Shown piece by piece: positions 18,147 to 28,021 of a DNA stretch of 64,000 bases. The position numbers and the translations under genes are program-made. The stretch comes from an uncultured delta proteobacterium. GTDB taxonomy: Bacteria; Desulfobacterota; Desulfobacteria; Desulfobacterales; UBA2156. The first letter of the stretch is position 1; every line of letters starts with the position of its first letter. The DNA lies in the NCBI GenBank assembly GCA_963736855.1, contig CAVTQK010000015.1, positions 416,001-480,000 on the forward strand. Reading direction: 5' to 3'. Under the pieces are notes generated by a model. That model was not told the origin of the DNA, did no database searches, and worked only from the letters and a program-made list of their open reading frames with translations.

Positions 18147-18365
18147 GTGTTTTTCATCCTCCATAACGTGGATCGCATCATTATCTTTTTTGAAGGAGAA
18201 ATGGTTCTTCTCTCCATGCTCTTATCGCTGACCCACAGCCGATATTGGCTGTTTCTCACGGCCTTTGTAGGGGCCAATCTGCTTCAGTCCGCCTTTACCG
18301 GATTTTGTCCCACGGCCAACCTGTCGAAAAAAATCGGTATCCAACGGGGACAGGCCTACAATTAA
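18147..18365 (+). CDS. DUF2892 (YgaP-like) membrane protein, start probably damaged
   Basis: NVDRII...WLFLTAFVGANLLQSAFTGFCP..LSKKIG; the expected ATG AAC GTG reads AT AAC GTG. Confidence 0.7.
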   Translation: MFFILHNVDRIIIFFEGEMVLLSMLLSLTHSRYWLFLTAFVGANLLQSAFTGFCPTANLSKKIGIQRGQAYN

Positions 18366-19519
18366 AGATTAAGCAGCAACCGCATGTAAATGTGAACCAA
18401 TTCTTCCAAAACCTTATCCCAGGATTGTTCCGAAGCTTTTTTTTGGGCTTTTTCACCGATGGTTTTGCGCAGATGGGGTTCTGACAGTCGTTCGAGCACC
18501 CCGCCCATTTCCTCCGGGCTCGGATGACCGGAAAGCACGAATCCGTTTTCACCGGTTGTAATCAGATCCCTGGCGCCGACTTTTTGACTGATGATCACCG
18601 GGAGCCCGGCGGCCATCGCTTCAAGGACAGCCATTCCGAAAGTATCCATCCAGGACGGCATGGCAAAAAGGTCTGCCGCAAGATAGTAGGGTTCCACGGG
18701 AGTCACGGGACCTGCGAAAATGACGCGATCCCCGATGCCCAATTCCTTTGCCAGGTAACCAAACTTCCTCTGGTTTCCTTTCCCTGCCACCAGGAGTTTC
18801 CAAGGAATTTCAGGCATGCGCTTCAGGGCGTGGGCCATCCCTTTCATCACCAGATCCAGTCGTTTGATTTCAAAGTTCATTCCCAAGAATAGGATGACCA
18901 CATCCGAGGATGCGAGGTCGTACCGGGCCCGGACTTCCTTGCGGCATGCCTGCCGGTCCAATCCTGTGAATCGCTCCAGGGCGATTCCGGGATGCATGAT
19001 CCGGATCCGGGACTCGGGGATCTCATAGCACCGTAAAACTTCTTCCTTGACCAGACTGGAAACCGGCAAGATGTTTGCGAGACGAGGATTGACCATCCCT
19101 CGCCCCTCCACCCAGGCGGTGGCCCGGTCGAAAAGGCTCATCCGCTTTTTTCGAACTTCCCGAATCCACGTCTTATGAGGGATGCCGTGAAACGTCCACA
19201 GATCCATCTGGTGGATCCGCTCGTGGCTGTGAACCAAGACGTCCGGATGGCGACGGATCCATCGATCCACAAAATGAGCGAAGCTTAGCGGTTCTAAAAT
19301 CCTCGGGAACTTCACCACCGGGATTTTATGAAACCGGATAGGGGCTTTGCCGGCCTTCCAGCGGTGCGCCAGGACGTGAACCGTAAGACTTTCCATCCGG
19401 GCAAGACGCTCCCCCATCTCGAAAACAACGGATTCCGCTCCTCCCATGAGGCCATACTTCGGAACCACCAGGGCGATGGGAATTTTCCCTTTCTTTTGCA
19501 CCTTTTTTAGGGATTCCAT
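18362..19519 (-). CDS. Glycosyltransferase family 4 (WaaG-like)
   Basis: GGAE, IKRLD, DTFGMAVLEAMAAGLPVI. Confidence 0.92.
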   Translation of the reverse strand: MESLKKVQKKGKIPIALVVPKYGLMGGAESVVFEMGERLARMESLTVHVLAHRWKAGKAPIRFHKIPVVKFPRILEPLSFAHFVDRWIRRHPDVLVHSHERIHQMDLWTFHGIPHKTWIREVRKKRMSLFDRATAWVEGRGMVNPRLANILPVSSLVKEEVLRCYEIPESRIRIMHPGIALERFTGLDRQACRKEVRARYDLASSDVVILFLGMNFEIKRLDLVMKGMAHALKRMPEIPWKLLVAGKGNQRKFGYLAKELGIGDRVIFAGPVTPVEPYYLAADLFAMPSWMDTFGMAVLEAMAAGLPVIISQKVGARDLITTGENGFVLSGHPSPEEMGGVLERLSEPHLRKTIGEKAQKKASEQSWDKVLEELVHIYMRLLLNL

Positions 19520-20445
19520 CGATAGCCCCTTGCCACCGCACGGTACTTGAGCCATTTTTCAAGGTTTTTTTCTTTTTTCCCCCAGAAAATCGTTTCCGCC
19601 TCAAGAGTCAATAGCCGCCAGTATGCCTGCAAAAGGCCCTCGCGATGGATCCGGCGGCAAGTTGCCTTTGAATAATGCTTATTATAAAAAAGCGTCTCGG
19701 CATGGACTTTCTTTTCCCAGACCGCGAGGCGATGGTGTCCGCGTTCGCTCTGTCCCCCCCAGTGCAATATCACGGCTTCCGGGATGAATCCGACCCGAAA
19801 TCCGGCTTGACGCACGCGCAGGCAGATATCGGCATCTTCACCGTAGAGGAAAAACCGCTCGTCAAATCCCCCGATTTCTCGAAGCAGAGACCGCCGGCCC
19901 ACCATGCTGGCGCCCAGGACCCATGCAATGGGGTTCATATCGCCGGTCGGGAAACCGATTCGCATCTTAAGCTCTTTTTCGCCGTGCTTCCCCCCGGGAT
20001 ACCGCCACTCCACAGAGGACTGGGACGAGCCGTCGGGGTTTACGATTCGGGTTCCGGCGATCCCCACCTCCGGGTGGACGGACAAGTATGCCACCATACG
20101 GGAAAAAGCTCCTGGTTGGACTTCGGTATCCGGGTTCAGGAAATAAATGCACTCTTCCGCCGCACTTTCCAGGGCCTGGTTGTTGGCACGTGAAAACCCC
20201 ATGTTTATCGAATTGGCGATGAGATGAACCTTTGGAAAACTTTCTTGGATAAGATTTCGGCTGTGATCGGTCGATGCGTTATCCACTACCAGGACTTCGA
20301 ATCGTACTCCATCTTGTGCGAAAACGGATTCCAGGCAGCGTTTAAGGAAATATGCGGCGTTGTAATTGACAATGATGACGGTCAAATCCGCCAAAAAATC
20401 CGGGGGGGCGCCTGAAATGGGATTCATACCTTTGCCAGAAGCCAT
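19507..20445 (-). CDS. Glycosyltransferase family 2
   Basis: IIVNYN, VVDNASTD, GFSRANN, LNPDT, FDERFFLYGEDAD. Confidence 0.93.
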   Translation of the reverse strand: MASGKGMNPISGAPPDFLADLTVIIVNYNAAYFLKRCLESVFAQDGVRFEVLVVDNASTDHSRNLIQESFPKVHLIANSINMGFSRANNQALESAAEECIYFLNPDTEVQPGAFSRMVAYLSVHPEVGIAGTRIVNPDGSSQSSVEWRYPGGKHGEKELKMRIGFPTGDMNPIAWVLGASMVGRRSLLREIGGFDERFFLYGEDADICLRVRQAGFRVGFIPEAVILHWGGQSERGHHRLAVWEKKVHAETLFYNKHYSKATCRRIHREGLLQAYWRLLTLEAETIFWGKKEKNLEKWLKYRAVARGYRWNP

Positions 20446-20452
20446 GCCTTCA

Positions 20453-22039
20453 TCAGGAACGAATCTTGAAAAGAATCATGCGTCCGGTATCCCGGTGCTT
20501 CCATCGTCCGACCTTCTTGAAATCCTTTTTATAGCCTTTTTGAAAAAAATCGTATCGGTCCCGGGGCCAGTGCCGCTCTTCCCAAAGAAAATAGCTCACG
20601 TCCATGCTCTTTAAGTTCGATAAAAAGGCCTCGTAGCTATCTCCCACCAGGGTGTTAAAATCATTATAAGGCTGGGGGCACGGAGCTCCGGGGTACTTCA
20701 GGTTGGCATAAAAGGATAACCATCGTATCGTATCCATCGAGGCCGCCACGCGGATTTCTTCTCGGTTTCCTGAAATCCGGGCCACGGTCTCACCGATTTC
20801 CTTAAAGACCTCCTTGTCTTTTTCCCGGGGTTGCAGGTTTTTGGGAAATGTGAACACCAGGATCACCAATAATAAAACCCAAAAGGCCGCCCGATCTTTC
20901 AGGCCGAAACGCGATTGGAGGAAAAGGTGGATACGTTGTATTCCAAGCCCGGCGAAAACGGCGCTGGGAAAAATGACAATGGCCATGTGTCGGTTGTCCA
21001 GGATCCACCACTGCAGGATATGAATATACAACGCCCCCGCAGCGACAACGATCATTAGGATGAAATAGATCAATGCGGGTTCTTTTCGGATATATGTCTT
21101 AATCTGCAGAAATCCTAATAAAAACAAGGCAAAAAGGGGATAAAAAAAAGCCTCCAGGGCACGATTGGCAAAGGTTCCCAGACCCACAAGCCATCCGAAA
21201 TTACTGGCTTCCGGCAAAAAGCGCTTTACGAGAGGGTCCTGAATACCCGACCCCAAATCGGCCAGATGCAGGCGGAGGAGCTTATAGTGAGATACGGGTC
21301 CGGAGGCCTTGTCAATGATTTCGTGGGCCCGGTACAGGCCCGATGGAGGCAGCCCGTATATCCAGGCTGCGATAAAAGTGACTCCTGCCACGGCAATGAT
21401 CGGTATCAGAAATAGGGCCAGTTTTTTCAGGCGCGCCTCACGCTCGGCCACTATTAGGTAAATTGCTGAAACGAAGATGGCTGCCATTGCCTCAACCCTG
21501 GCCCAGGTGGCCAATAAAAAAGACAGGCTCGACAAAAGGAGACCCCCATAGCCTTTCGTCGATTTCCGGGCAGTAAAGCAGGACATTCCGAGAACCAAAA
21601 AGAACCAGTAGACCGGATCCCGGATTACGTCGGCACTCCGCCCTACCAGAACCGGCATGACCGCAAAGACCAGGACGGCCAGGGCGCTGATAGACTCGGT
21701 GAAAAACCGGCGCAGCAGAAAATAGAGAGGGACCAGAGTCAGGGTCCCGAACAGTAAAGAGACCGCACGTGCAGCTTGAATCCAGTCTCCGAAAAAGGGG
21801 AAAGCGGCGGTGATGAGAAAAGCATAGTTGGATAAAAAGCCGGTCCCGCAAGGAATTGCCTGTTTCCAGAGTCCGTAATAAAGAGCCCGGGCCTGATGGA
21901 TATAGAGGGTCCCGTCCGGGTTGACGATATAGGTCTGCGCACAGGCATAAATCCGGATGGCTGCCCCTAAAAGGATCACCCAGAAACCCGGGTTTCGGAC
22001 AAGACGACGAAATTTAGAAGGAAGTGGCGATTTTTCCAT
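20453..22039 (-). CDS. GT-C fold (ArnT/PMT-like) polytopic glycosyltransferase
   Basis: First-loop NPDGTLY, many TM helices, soluble C-terminal domain. Confidence 0.75.
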   Translation of the reverse strand: MEKSPLPSKFRRLVRNPGFWVILLGAAIRIYACAQTYIVNPDGTLYIHQARALYYGLWKQAIPCGTGFLSNYAFLITAAFPFFGDWIQAARAVSLLFGTLTLVPLYFLLRRFFTESISALAVLVFAVMPVLVGRSADVIRDPVYWFFLVLGMSCFTARKSTKGYGGLLLSSLSFLLATWARVEAMAAIFVSAIYLIVAEREARLKKLALFLIPIIAVAGVTFIAAWIYGLPPSGLYRAHEIIDKASGPVSHYKLLRLHLADLGSGIQDPLVKRFLPEASNFGWLVGLGTFANRALEAFFYPLFALFLLGFLQIKTYIRKEPALIYFILMIVVAAGALYIHILQWWILDNRHMAIVIFPSAVFAGLGIQRIHLFLQSRFGLKDRAAFWVLLLVILVFTFPKNLQPREKDKEVFKEIGETVARISGNREEIRVAASMDTIRWLSFYANLKYPGAPCPQPYNDFNTLVGDSYEAFLSNLKSMDVSYFLWEERHWPRDRYDFFQKGYKKDFKKVGRWKHRDTGRMILFKIRS

Positions 22040-22053
22040 GCTCTGAATCCGTA

Positions 22054-23187
22054 TCAGATATCACGGTTTCTGTCACTCCCGTCCTGATCCACCGAGTCAG
22101 TGACTTTTTCATGCTCAAAGTGTCGATTCACTACCCTTAAAACCTCTGAAACGGTCAATTCTTCAAGGCATCGGCTTGTCCCGCTGTCCCCGCATCCTTT
22201 CTTACGGCATGGTATGCAGGACATTTCTTTGGATACGATAAGATGCCGGGCACCCCTAGGCGCCCATGTGACGGTCGAAGACGGTCCAAAAATAGCCACC
22301 GTCGGGGTTCCCACTGCGGCGGCCATATGCAAGGATCCGGAGTCCACGCCGATGTAAAGTCGACAGATCTTGAAAAGGGCCGGAAGCATCTGCATCCGGG
22401 TCTTCCCTGCAAGGTTAAAAATATCTCTGGACAGACCTCGGACGAGAGTTTGGGCCCGTTCCCGTTCTTCGGGTGACCCGGTGATGACGACGGAAACCCC
22501 ACGGTTTTTCACCAGATCAGCCATCAGGCGAATCCAGCCATCTCCCTTCCATTCCTTGTAGGGCCACAGGGAAAAAGGGGAAATGGCCACCAGAGGACGT
22601 TCCTGAGAAATCCCTTCCTTTGTTAAAAACGCCCAGATTTCCGTTTCTTTTTCCCGGGAGATCCGGATTGTGGGTCTTTCCTCGGCCGGGGGCACACCGA
22701 CGGCGGCAAGGATGTTCAGATGATGTTTCACGGCGTATTGACCCTTTTCTAGGTCGGAATCGGGTTGCACCAGGTGGGTAAAAACCCTTTTACGCACTCC
22801 TTGCCGTCCGTGATCGAGTCTTCCTATCCTAAACGGGGCACCGGAAAGGCAAGCAATGACCGTACCCCTGGAGCCGGTCCGAAGATCCAACACCAAAGCA
22901 AACCGCCGGCGCCGGAGATTGAGGATCCACCGCAAGTGGTGATCCAATGCCCTTATCGTCGGTCGGGGTGCCACATCCACGCCGATTGCTCCCTCAATTT
23001 CCGGAATATGCTCCAAAAGCCCTCTCGCCTTTTCCCTGATGCACATCCAGATATCGCATTCAGTAAAGTGCTGCTTGAGGGCGACAAGGGCCGGTAAGGA
23101 AAGCACCACATCTCCGATATCTCCCAGTTGGATGAGGAGGATGGAACCGCGGATCTTTGGGAGTCTGCTTTCTCCTTTGACAAGCAT
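22054..23187 (-). CDS. Glycosyltransferase family 9 (heptosyltransferase III-like)
   Basis: LGDIGDVVL, KEW, GVDSGSLHMAAAVGTPTVAIFGP. Confidence 0.9.
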   Translation of the reverse strand: MLVKGESRLPKIRGSILLIQLGDIGDVVLSLPALVALKQHFTECDIWMCIREKARGLLEHIPEIEGAIGVDVAPRPTIRALDHHLRWILNLRRRRFALVLDLRTGSRGTVIACLSGAPFRIGRLDHGRQGVRKRVFTHLVQPDSDLEKGQYAVKHHLNILAAVGVPPAEERPTIRISREKETEIWAFLTKEGISQERPLVAISPFSLWPYKEWKGDGWIRLMADLVKNRGVSVVITGSPEERERAQTLVRGLSRDIFNLAGKTRMQMLPALFKICRLYIGVDSGSLHMAAAVGTPTVAIFGPSSTVTWAPRGARHLIVSKEMSCIPCRKKGCGDSGTSRCLEELTVSEVLRVVNRHFEHEKVTDSVDQDGSDRNRDI

Positions 23188-23191
23188 CGTC

Positions 23192-24142
23192 TCACCGGCA
23201 GATGGATATCGGCTTGGGGCACCCGGTTAGGTGCCAGGCAATGAGTTTCAGGTAGACCCCTAAGCGCCGGCGTAGACCGCCCGCAAGCCCCAGGGTCAGG
23301 AAGACGCCCAGGGCGGTCAGTACTGCATTGACCAGCAGCCGAAAAAAAACCACGGCATATATCGCTAAAAACCCCTGGGGGTACCATTTTTGAAAATAGG
23401 CATACCTGGCCCGATAAAATAGTTTCCTCGATTCCACCCCGAATCCCACGCTCTGGCCCTGTCGGTGGATCACTTCGGCTTTCGGGATAAAAAAGATTTT
23501 CCATCCGGCCCCATGCATCCTCAAGGCCCAATCGGTTTCTTCAAAAAAGAAAAAATATCGTTCATCCAAAAGCCCCACTGCGTCCATGGCGCTTTTGCGA
23601 ACAATCATGCACGCGCCGACGCACGAATCCACTTCCACCGGATCCGTTTCGGCGCGCCTTTTCCCGGTAAAGCGTGAAGGAAAGAGGGCCCTCAGGATCC
23701 CCTCGTTGGTCAAGAGCGTCACCCATGATGGAAAAGGAGCCACGGAATTCTGGCACCTTCCGTCCGAATGGAGGAGCTGTGCACAGGCCATCCCGGCCGA
23801 CGGCGTTTTTTCCATGAAATCGAAAAGGAGCTTGACGGCTCCTTTCTCGGGCAGGGCATCGGTGTTGAGGAGTAGGGCATAGCGCCCTTTCATCTGGCGA
23901 AGGGCCTGGTTGCAAGCCGCGGCATACCCAAAATTTTTTGGATTGACGATGAGGTTCACGCCGGGGTACCGCTTCCTGACAGCCGCAACACTTCCGTCCG
24001 CGGAGGCGTTGTCCACAACAAATACTTCATATGCCGGACTGTCGAAGGTCTCATAAACCCGCGACAGGCATTCCAGCAGGAGCCCCTTCGTGTTCCAGTT
24101 CACGATGACCACCGTGATATCGGTCGATCCGCCCTCCACCAT
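23192..24142 (-). CDS. Glycosyltransferase family 2
   Basis: IVNWNT, VVDNASADGS, LLNTD, DERYFFFFEETD. Confidence 0.93.
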   Translation of the reverse strand: MVEGGSTDITVVIVNWNTKGLLLECLSRVYETFDSPAYEVFVVDNASADGSVAAVRKRYPGVNLIVNPKNFGYAAACNQALRQMKGRYALLLNTDALPEKGAVKLLFDFMEKTPSAGMACAQLLHSDGRCQNSVAPFPSWVTLLTNEGILRALFPSRFTGKRRAETDPVEVDSCVGACMIVRKSAMDAVGLLDERYFFFFEETDWALRMHGAGWKIFFIPKAEVIHRQGQSVGFGVESRKLFYRARYAYFQKWYPQGFLAIYAVVFFRLLVNAVLTALGVFLTLGLAGGLRRRLGVYLKLIAWHLTGCPKPISICR

Positions 24143-25224
24143 TAATCCTTCCCCATTTCATCCATCAGCCCTTCGACGGCTTCAATGACATCTTGAACCG
24201 AAATCCGCTCCATACATAACGCCGCAACGTTTGCTCCGTGCCGCTCCAGGAGGCACTTCCGTTTGAAACAAGGACTGCACGCCATTTTCGTCCGGAGCAC
24301 ACGATGCCGTTTACCGAAAGGTCCGGTTCTCCATGGGGCTGTGGGCCCGAAAAGGGCTAATACTGGTGTTCCTACTGCAGCAGCCAGATGCATGGGGCCG
24401 GTATCAGTGGAAACGACACACGCGGCGTTTTCATAGATGGCACTCAGCACTTTGAGGGTGGTTTTGCCCGTCACATCAACCGCCTTTTCATCCATCCGTC
24501 CCCGAATATCTTCCACCATTGCGGCGTCCTCCCGACTTCCGGTAAAAATGATCCTGACCGAATGCCTCCGGATCAGGTCATCGGCAAACTTTGCAAATTT
24601 GCCCGGCTCCCAGAGTTTGGTCATCCATTTGGCACCTGGGTTGATCGCTACATACGCCGCATCCGGTTCAATTCCGCAAGAGGCCAAGAGCTGCCCGGCC
24701 TCTTTCCGATCCTGCATTCGGATCGGCACATCATAAACGATCCGGCTGCACCGGATTCCCAAGGCCTCAAGAAATATCAATTGCCTTTTGAGGGCATGGT
24801 ATTCCATGGAAACAGCCGGAATGCGTTCGCTTAAAAAAAGGTGGCTGTGTTCCATATGCCCCATTCCCTTTCCGAACCCGATCTTTCGCTTTCCCCGGGC
24901 AAGGAAGATGAGGAGGCTGCTTTTTAAAAGGCCGTGAAAATCCAGGATCATGTCATACTGAGTATCCCGAAGGTTTTTTAAAAAAAATGCCATAGCCTTA
25001 AAATGCGAGAACGCATCTACGGAGAACAACCCGCGGATCCATCTCTTTCTCTTGGAAACCAGCACGCGATCCAGGGCCCGATGCCCGATGACCAGATCCG
25101 AGGCCGCCTCTTCCACTAGCCATGTAATGCGCGCAAAGGAATAATGGGCGCGCAGGGCGTTTAAGGCCGGAAGGGTGTGGATCACATCTCCGATGGCGCT
25201 GAGCTTAACGATGAGGATATTCAC
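24142..25224 (-). CDS. waaC: Glycosyltransferase family 9 (heptosyltransferase I-like)
   Basis: ILIVKLSAIGDVIHTLPAL, WLVEE, DFHGLLKS, DTGPMHLAAA. Confidence 0.8.
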   Translation of the reverse strand: MNILIVKLSAIGDVIHTLPALNALRAHYSFARITWLVEEAASDLVIGHRALDRVLVSKRKRWIRGLFSVDAFSHFKAMAFFLKNLRDTQYDMILDFHGLLKSSLLIFLARGKRKIGFGKGMGHMEHSHLFLSERIPAVSMEYHALKRQLIFLEALGIRCSRIVYDVPIRMQDRKEAGQLLASCGIEPDAAYVAINPGAKWMTKLWEPGKFAKFADDLIRRHSVRIIFTGSREDAAMVEDIRGRMDEKAVDVTGKTTLKVLSAIYENAACVVSTDTGPMHLAAAVGTPVLALFGPTAPWRTGPFGKRHRVLRTKMACSPCFKRKCLLERHGANVAALCMERISVQDVIEAVEGLMDEMGKD

Positions 25225-26264
25225 AAAAACGCCTTTGCAGCCTCAAAGACTGCATTGGTTGTGATCCGGGTCATGCACTGCGAATGACCCAAAGGGCACT
25301 CCGGCTCAAGACAGGGACTACAGGAAATTTTGGACTTGAGGATTCTTCCCCGGTATCCCCAGGGTCCTGTGGCTTCCGGATCCGTGGAGCCGAAAATGGC
25401 GACCAGAGGGACCTTTAAAGCCGATGCCACATGCATCAGCCCAGAATCATTGGTGATAAATAGCCGACATTCCCGAATCAGGGCCATAGCCTCAGACAGG
25501 TCGGTCTCTCCAGCCAGGTTCACGGCCGGATATCGCATGCTTTGACGGATTCGAAGCCCGAGAGCACGGTCCGCGGGTCCCCCGAAAATCAATATTTTTA
25601 CCCCGCAGACCTCCTGGATCCGATCCCCTACAGCGGCAAAACGATCGGGCGGCCACTGCTTGGCAGGCCCATAAGCCGCACCTGGATTGATCCCTACAAG
25701 GGTATCGGTTTTTCGGATCCCGAATCGATTCAGGAGGCGTTGCGCCTTTTTTGTCTCCTTTTCTCCGATAGAAAGACAAAGCTCGCGATTCGTATCCGGG
25801 ATACCGACTCCTTTTAAAATGCCCAGATAATATTCGACCTGGTGAACCTTTCGACACCGTGTTAAAAGAGGCGAACGGTGGGTCAGTAAAATGCCCCTCC
25901 CGTCGGTGGGGTATCCGATGCGTACGGGGATGCCGGACAGGGCCGCGATGAAGGCCGCTTCGAAGGCATTCTGGAAGAGGATTGCCGCATCGAATCGGAA
26001 GGCTCGAAGATCCCGGGCCAGACGGATGAACCCGAATATCCCTTGGTGACGTCCGGCCTTATCATAAACCAGGATATGATCCACATAAGGCAATCCCTCG
26101 AAAACAGGAACCACCCAGGGTTTAGCCAGAACAAAGATCTCCGCTTTCGGAAAACACTTCCTGAGGGAGCAGACTGCCGGTGTCATCATGACCGCGTCCC
26201 CAACCCAGTTAGCGGCACGCAAGAGGAGCTTCGGGGATTGATGTCCCTTAAATCGGATTTTCAA
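25221..26264 (-). CDS. waaF: LPS heptosyltransferase II
   Basis: NWVGDAVM, NPGAAYGPAKQWP, TNDSGLMH. Confidence 0.93.
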   Translation of the reverse strand: MKIRFKGHQSPKLLLRAANWVGDAVMMTPAVCSLRKCFPKAEIFVLAKPWVVPVFEGLPYVDHILVYDKAGRHQGIFGFIRLARDLRAFRFDAAILFQNAFEAAFIAALSGIPVRIGYPTDGRGILLTHRSPLLTRCRKVHQVEYYLGILKGVGIPDTNRELCLSIGEKETKKAQRLLNRFGIRKTDTLVGINPGAAYGPAKQWPPDRFAAVGDRIQEVCGVKILIFGGPADRALGLRIRQSMRYPAVNLAGETDLSEAMALIRECRLFITNDSGLMHVASALKVPLVAIFGSTDPEATGPWGYRGRILKSKISCSPCLEPECPLGHSQCMTRITTNAVFEAAKAFL

Positions 26265-27190
26265 GATCGCCTTTTATCTCCCAAACGCATTTCCCTCGGC
26301 CAGAGATGGCAGGGCCGCGTTTTCCACCGCTGATGCACCCATAGCCACTGGCCAGGGAAACGGCGCACGACAGCCTCTAATGTCTGTGTATATCTTTGGG
26401 TATTCTCTTCCAGGTCTTTTCGCCTGTCCCCGGTTCGTACCAGCGGAATTTCCTCTAAAAACTCGGTAATAAATCTTTGGCCTTCACGAACGAGAAAAAC
26501 CGGAATCACCGGTGCTTCCGTTGTCAGGGCCATCAGCGCCAGCCCCTGGTTGGTACATGCACTTTTCCCGAAAAAATCGACAAAAACCCCCTCATACCAA
26601 TCCATATTCTGATCCAGCAAAACCACCACAGACTCCTTCTGCTTCAAGGCTCTTAAGATTTTGCGCATGGAGCGGGTGCTGGGAATCAACCGGGCTCCAA
26701 ACCGTGACCGGTATCGATCAAAAAAAAGATCGAGAGTCTTCACATCCAGAGGACGATACGGCACATGGACCGGTACGTTTGCCTTGGCCGCAGCCCCGGC
26801 TAAAAGCTCCCAGTTTCCCAGGTGCAGGGTCAACAGCAAGACCCCCTTTTTTCGATCCATGGCGTTGCGAAAATTAGAAAACCCGCGTATGGAAATGAAA
26901 CGGCCCAAGCTTTCCGGGGTCTGTCCAAGGGACCAGCCGATCTCAAAAACGATCCGCGACAAATTCCGGAAAGACTCCATGGCTAACAAGCGGATCGAAT
27001 CCGGGGATTTTTCCCCGGCAAACGCTTGGGTGAGGTTTTTCAGGGCGATCTCCCGGTGACGTTTGTCGATGGCAAACCAGATTCTGCCGATCCAACGCGT
27101 AACGCTATCAACGCTTGTCAAAGGAATCGATCCCATAAGCCTGAGCGCGACGGTTACCAGTGCGCACCCGAGTTGATCAATCATCTTCAC
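26261..27190 (-). CDS. lpxL: Lipid A secondary acyltransferase
   Basis: HLGNWE, LLDQ, FFG, PGQWLWVHQRWK. Confidence 0.9.
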   Translation of the reverse strand: MKMIDQLGCALVTVALRLMGSIPLTSVDSVTRWIGRIWFAIDKRHREIALKNLTQAFAGEKSPDSIRLLAMESFRNLSRIVFEIGWSLGQTPESLGRFISIRGFSNFRNAMDRKKGVLLLTLHLGNWELLAGAAAKANVPVHVPYRPLDVKTLDLFFDRYRSRFGARLIPSTRSMRKILRALKQKESVVVLLDQNMDWYEGVFVDFFGKSACTNQGLALMALTTEAPVIPVFLVREGQRFITEFLEEIPLVRTGDRRKDLEENTQRYTQTLEAVVRRFPGQWLWVHQRWKTRPCHLWPREMRLGDKRRS

Positions 27191-27214
27191 GGATTCCCGG
27201 CAAAAATAACAGAT

Positions 27215-27988
27215 TCATTTTTCACGCGTCTTTAACGAGAATTCCCACGCCTTGGCGTGTTTCAAAAAAACGTACCATGAAGAATTGGCTGCAATCACAA
27301 TTCCGGCATATCCGTCTAAAAACCCCAGCTTCCAGAAATAGCTTTCGAAAAATTTGACGGCCCCGTGCAACAGGCCCAGAAGAAGGTATTTACCCGTTCT
27401 CGGCCCTTTCTCCGAAGCCGCCACATCCGAAAAACGATTGATGGTCGCCACCTGGTCCGCGATGCTTCTGTAGACGTCATGATAGAGCGGCTGAGAAAGT
27501 GGTACAACCCTTCCTTGCACGATGAGTCGCTCATGCAAGGCGTCTTGGCTCCATTCTCCTTTTCCCCGGCGGACCAAACGGATCTTTCGATCCGGGTACC
27601 ACCCGCCATGACGGATCCACCGATTCAGATAGAAAGAGAGCCTGGGCATGGAAAAACCTGCCGTCTCCGGCAGCGCTGATGCAACCGCGGCAGTCATTTC
27701 ACGCGCCAGGGCCGCGGATACCGTTTCGTCCGCATCCATATTGAGTATCCAATTCGATCGAACGCATTCCATGGCAAACTGTTTTTGTCCCGCGTATCCT
27801 TGCCAGGGACGTTGAATCACACGAGCTCCCATTTGGGTGCATAGGGACGGTGTCCCATCCGTACTTCCCGAATCCACCACCACGATCTCGTCGGCAAAGG
27901 AGATACTGTTAATAAGCTTCGTAATGCGATCCGCTTCGTTTTGGGCAATCACCGCGATACCGATCGTTTGGCCCCTCAACTGTTCCAC
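27215..27988 (-). CDS. GT2 LPS core glucosyltransferase (WaaE/KdtX-like)
   Basis: NEA, VVDSGSTDGT, DADE, WYPDRKIRL, HE, GFLDG. Confidence 0.9.
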   Translation of the reverse strand: MEQLRGQTIGIAVIAQNEADRITKLINSISFADEIVVVDSGSTDGTPSLCTQMGARVIQRPWQGYAGQKQFAMECVRSNWILNMDADETVSAALAREMTAAVASALPETAGFSMPRLSFYLNRWIRHGGWYPDRKIRLVRRGKGEWSQDALHERLIVQGRVVPLSQPLYHDVYRSIADQVATINRFSDVAASEKGPRTGKYLLLGLLHGAVKFFESYFWKLGFLDGYAGIVIAANSSWYVFLKHAKAWEFSLKTREK

Positions 27989-28021
27989 CGGTCTATCCCC
28001 TCTTATCCTTTCTTTTTCTAA

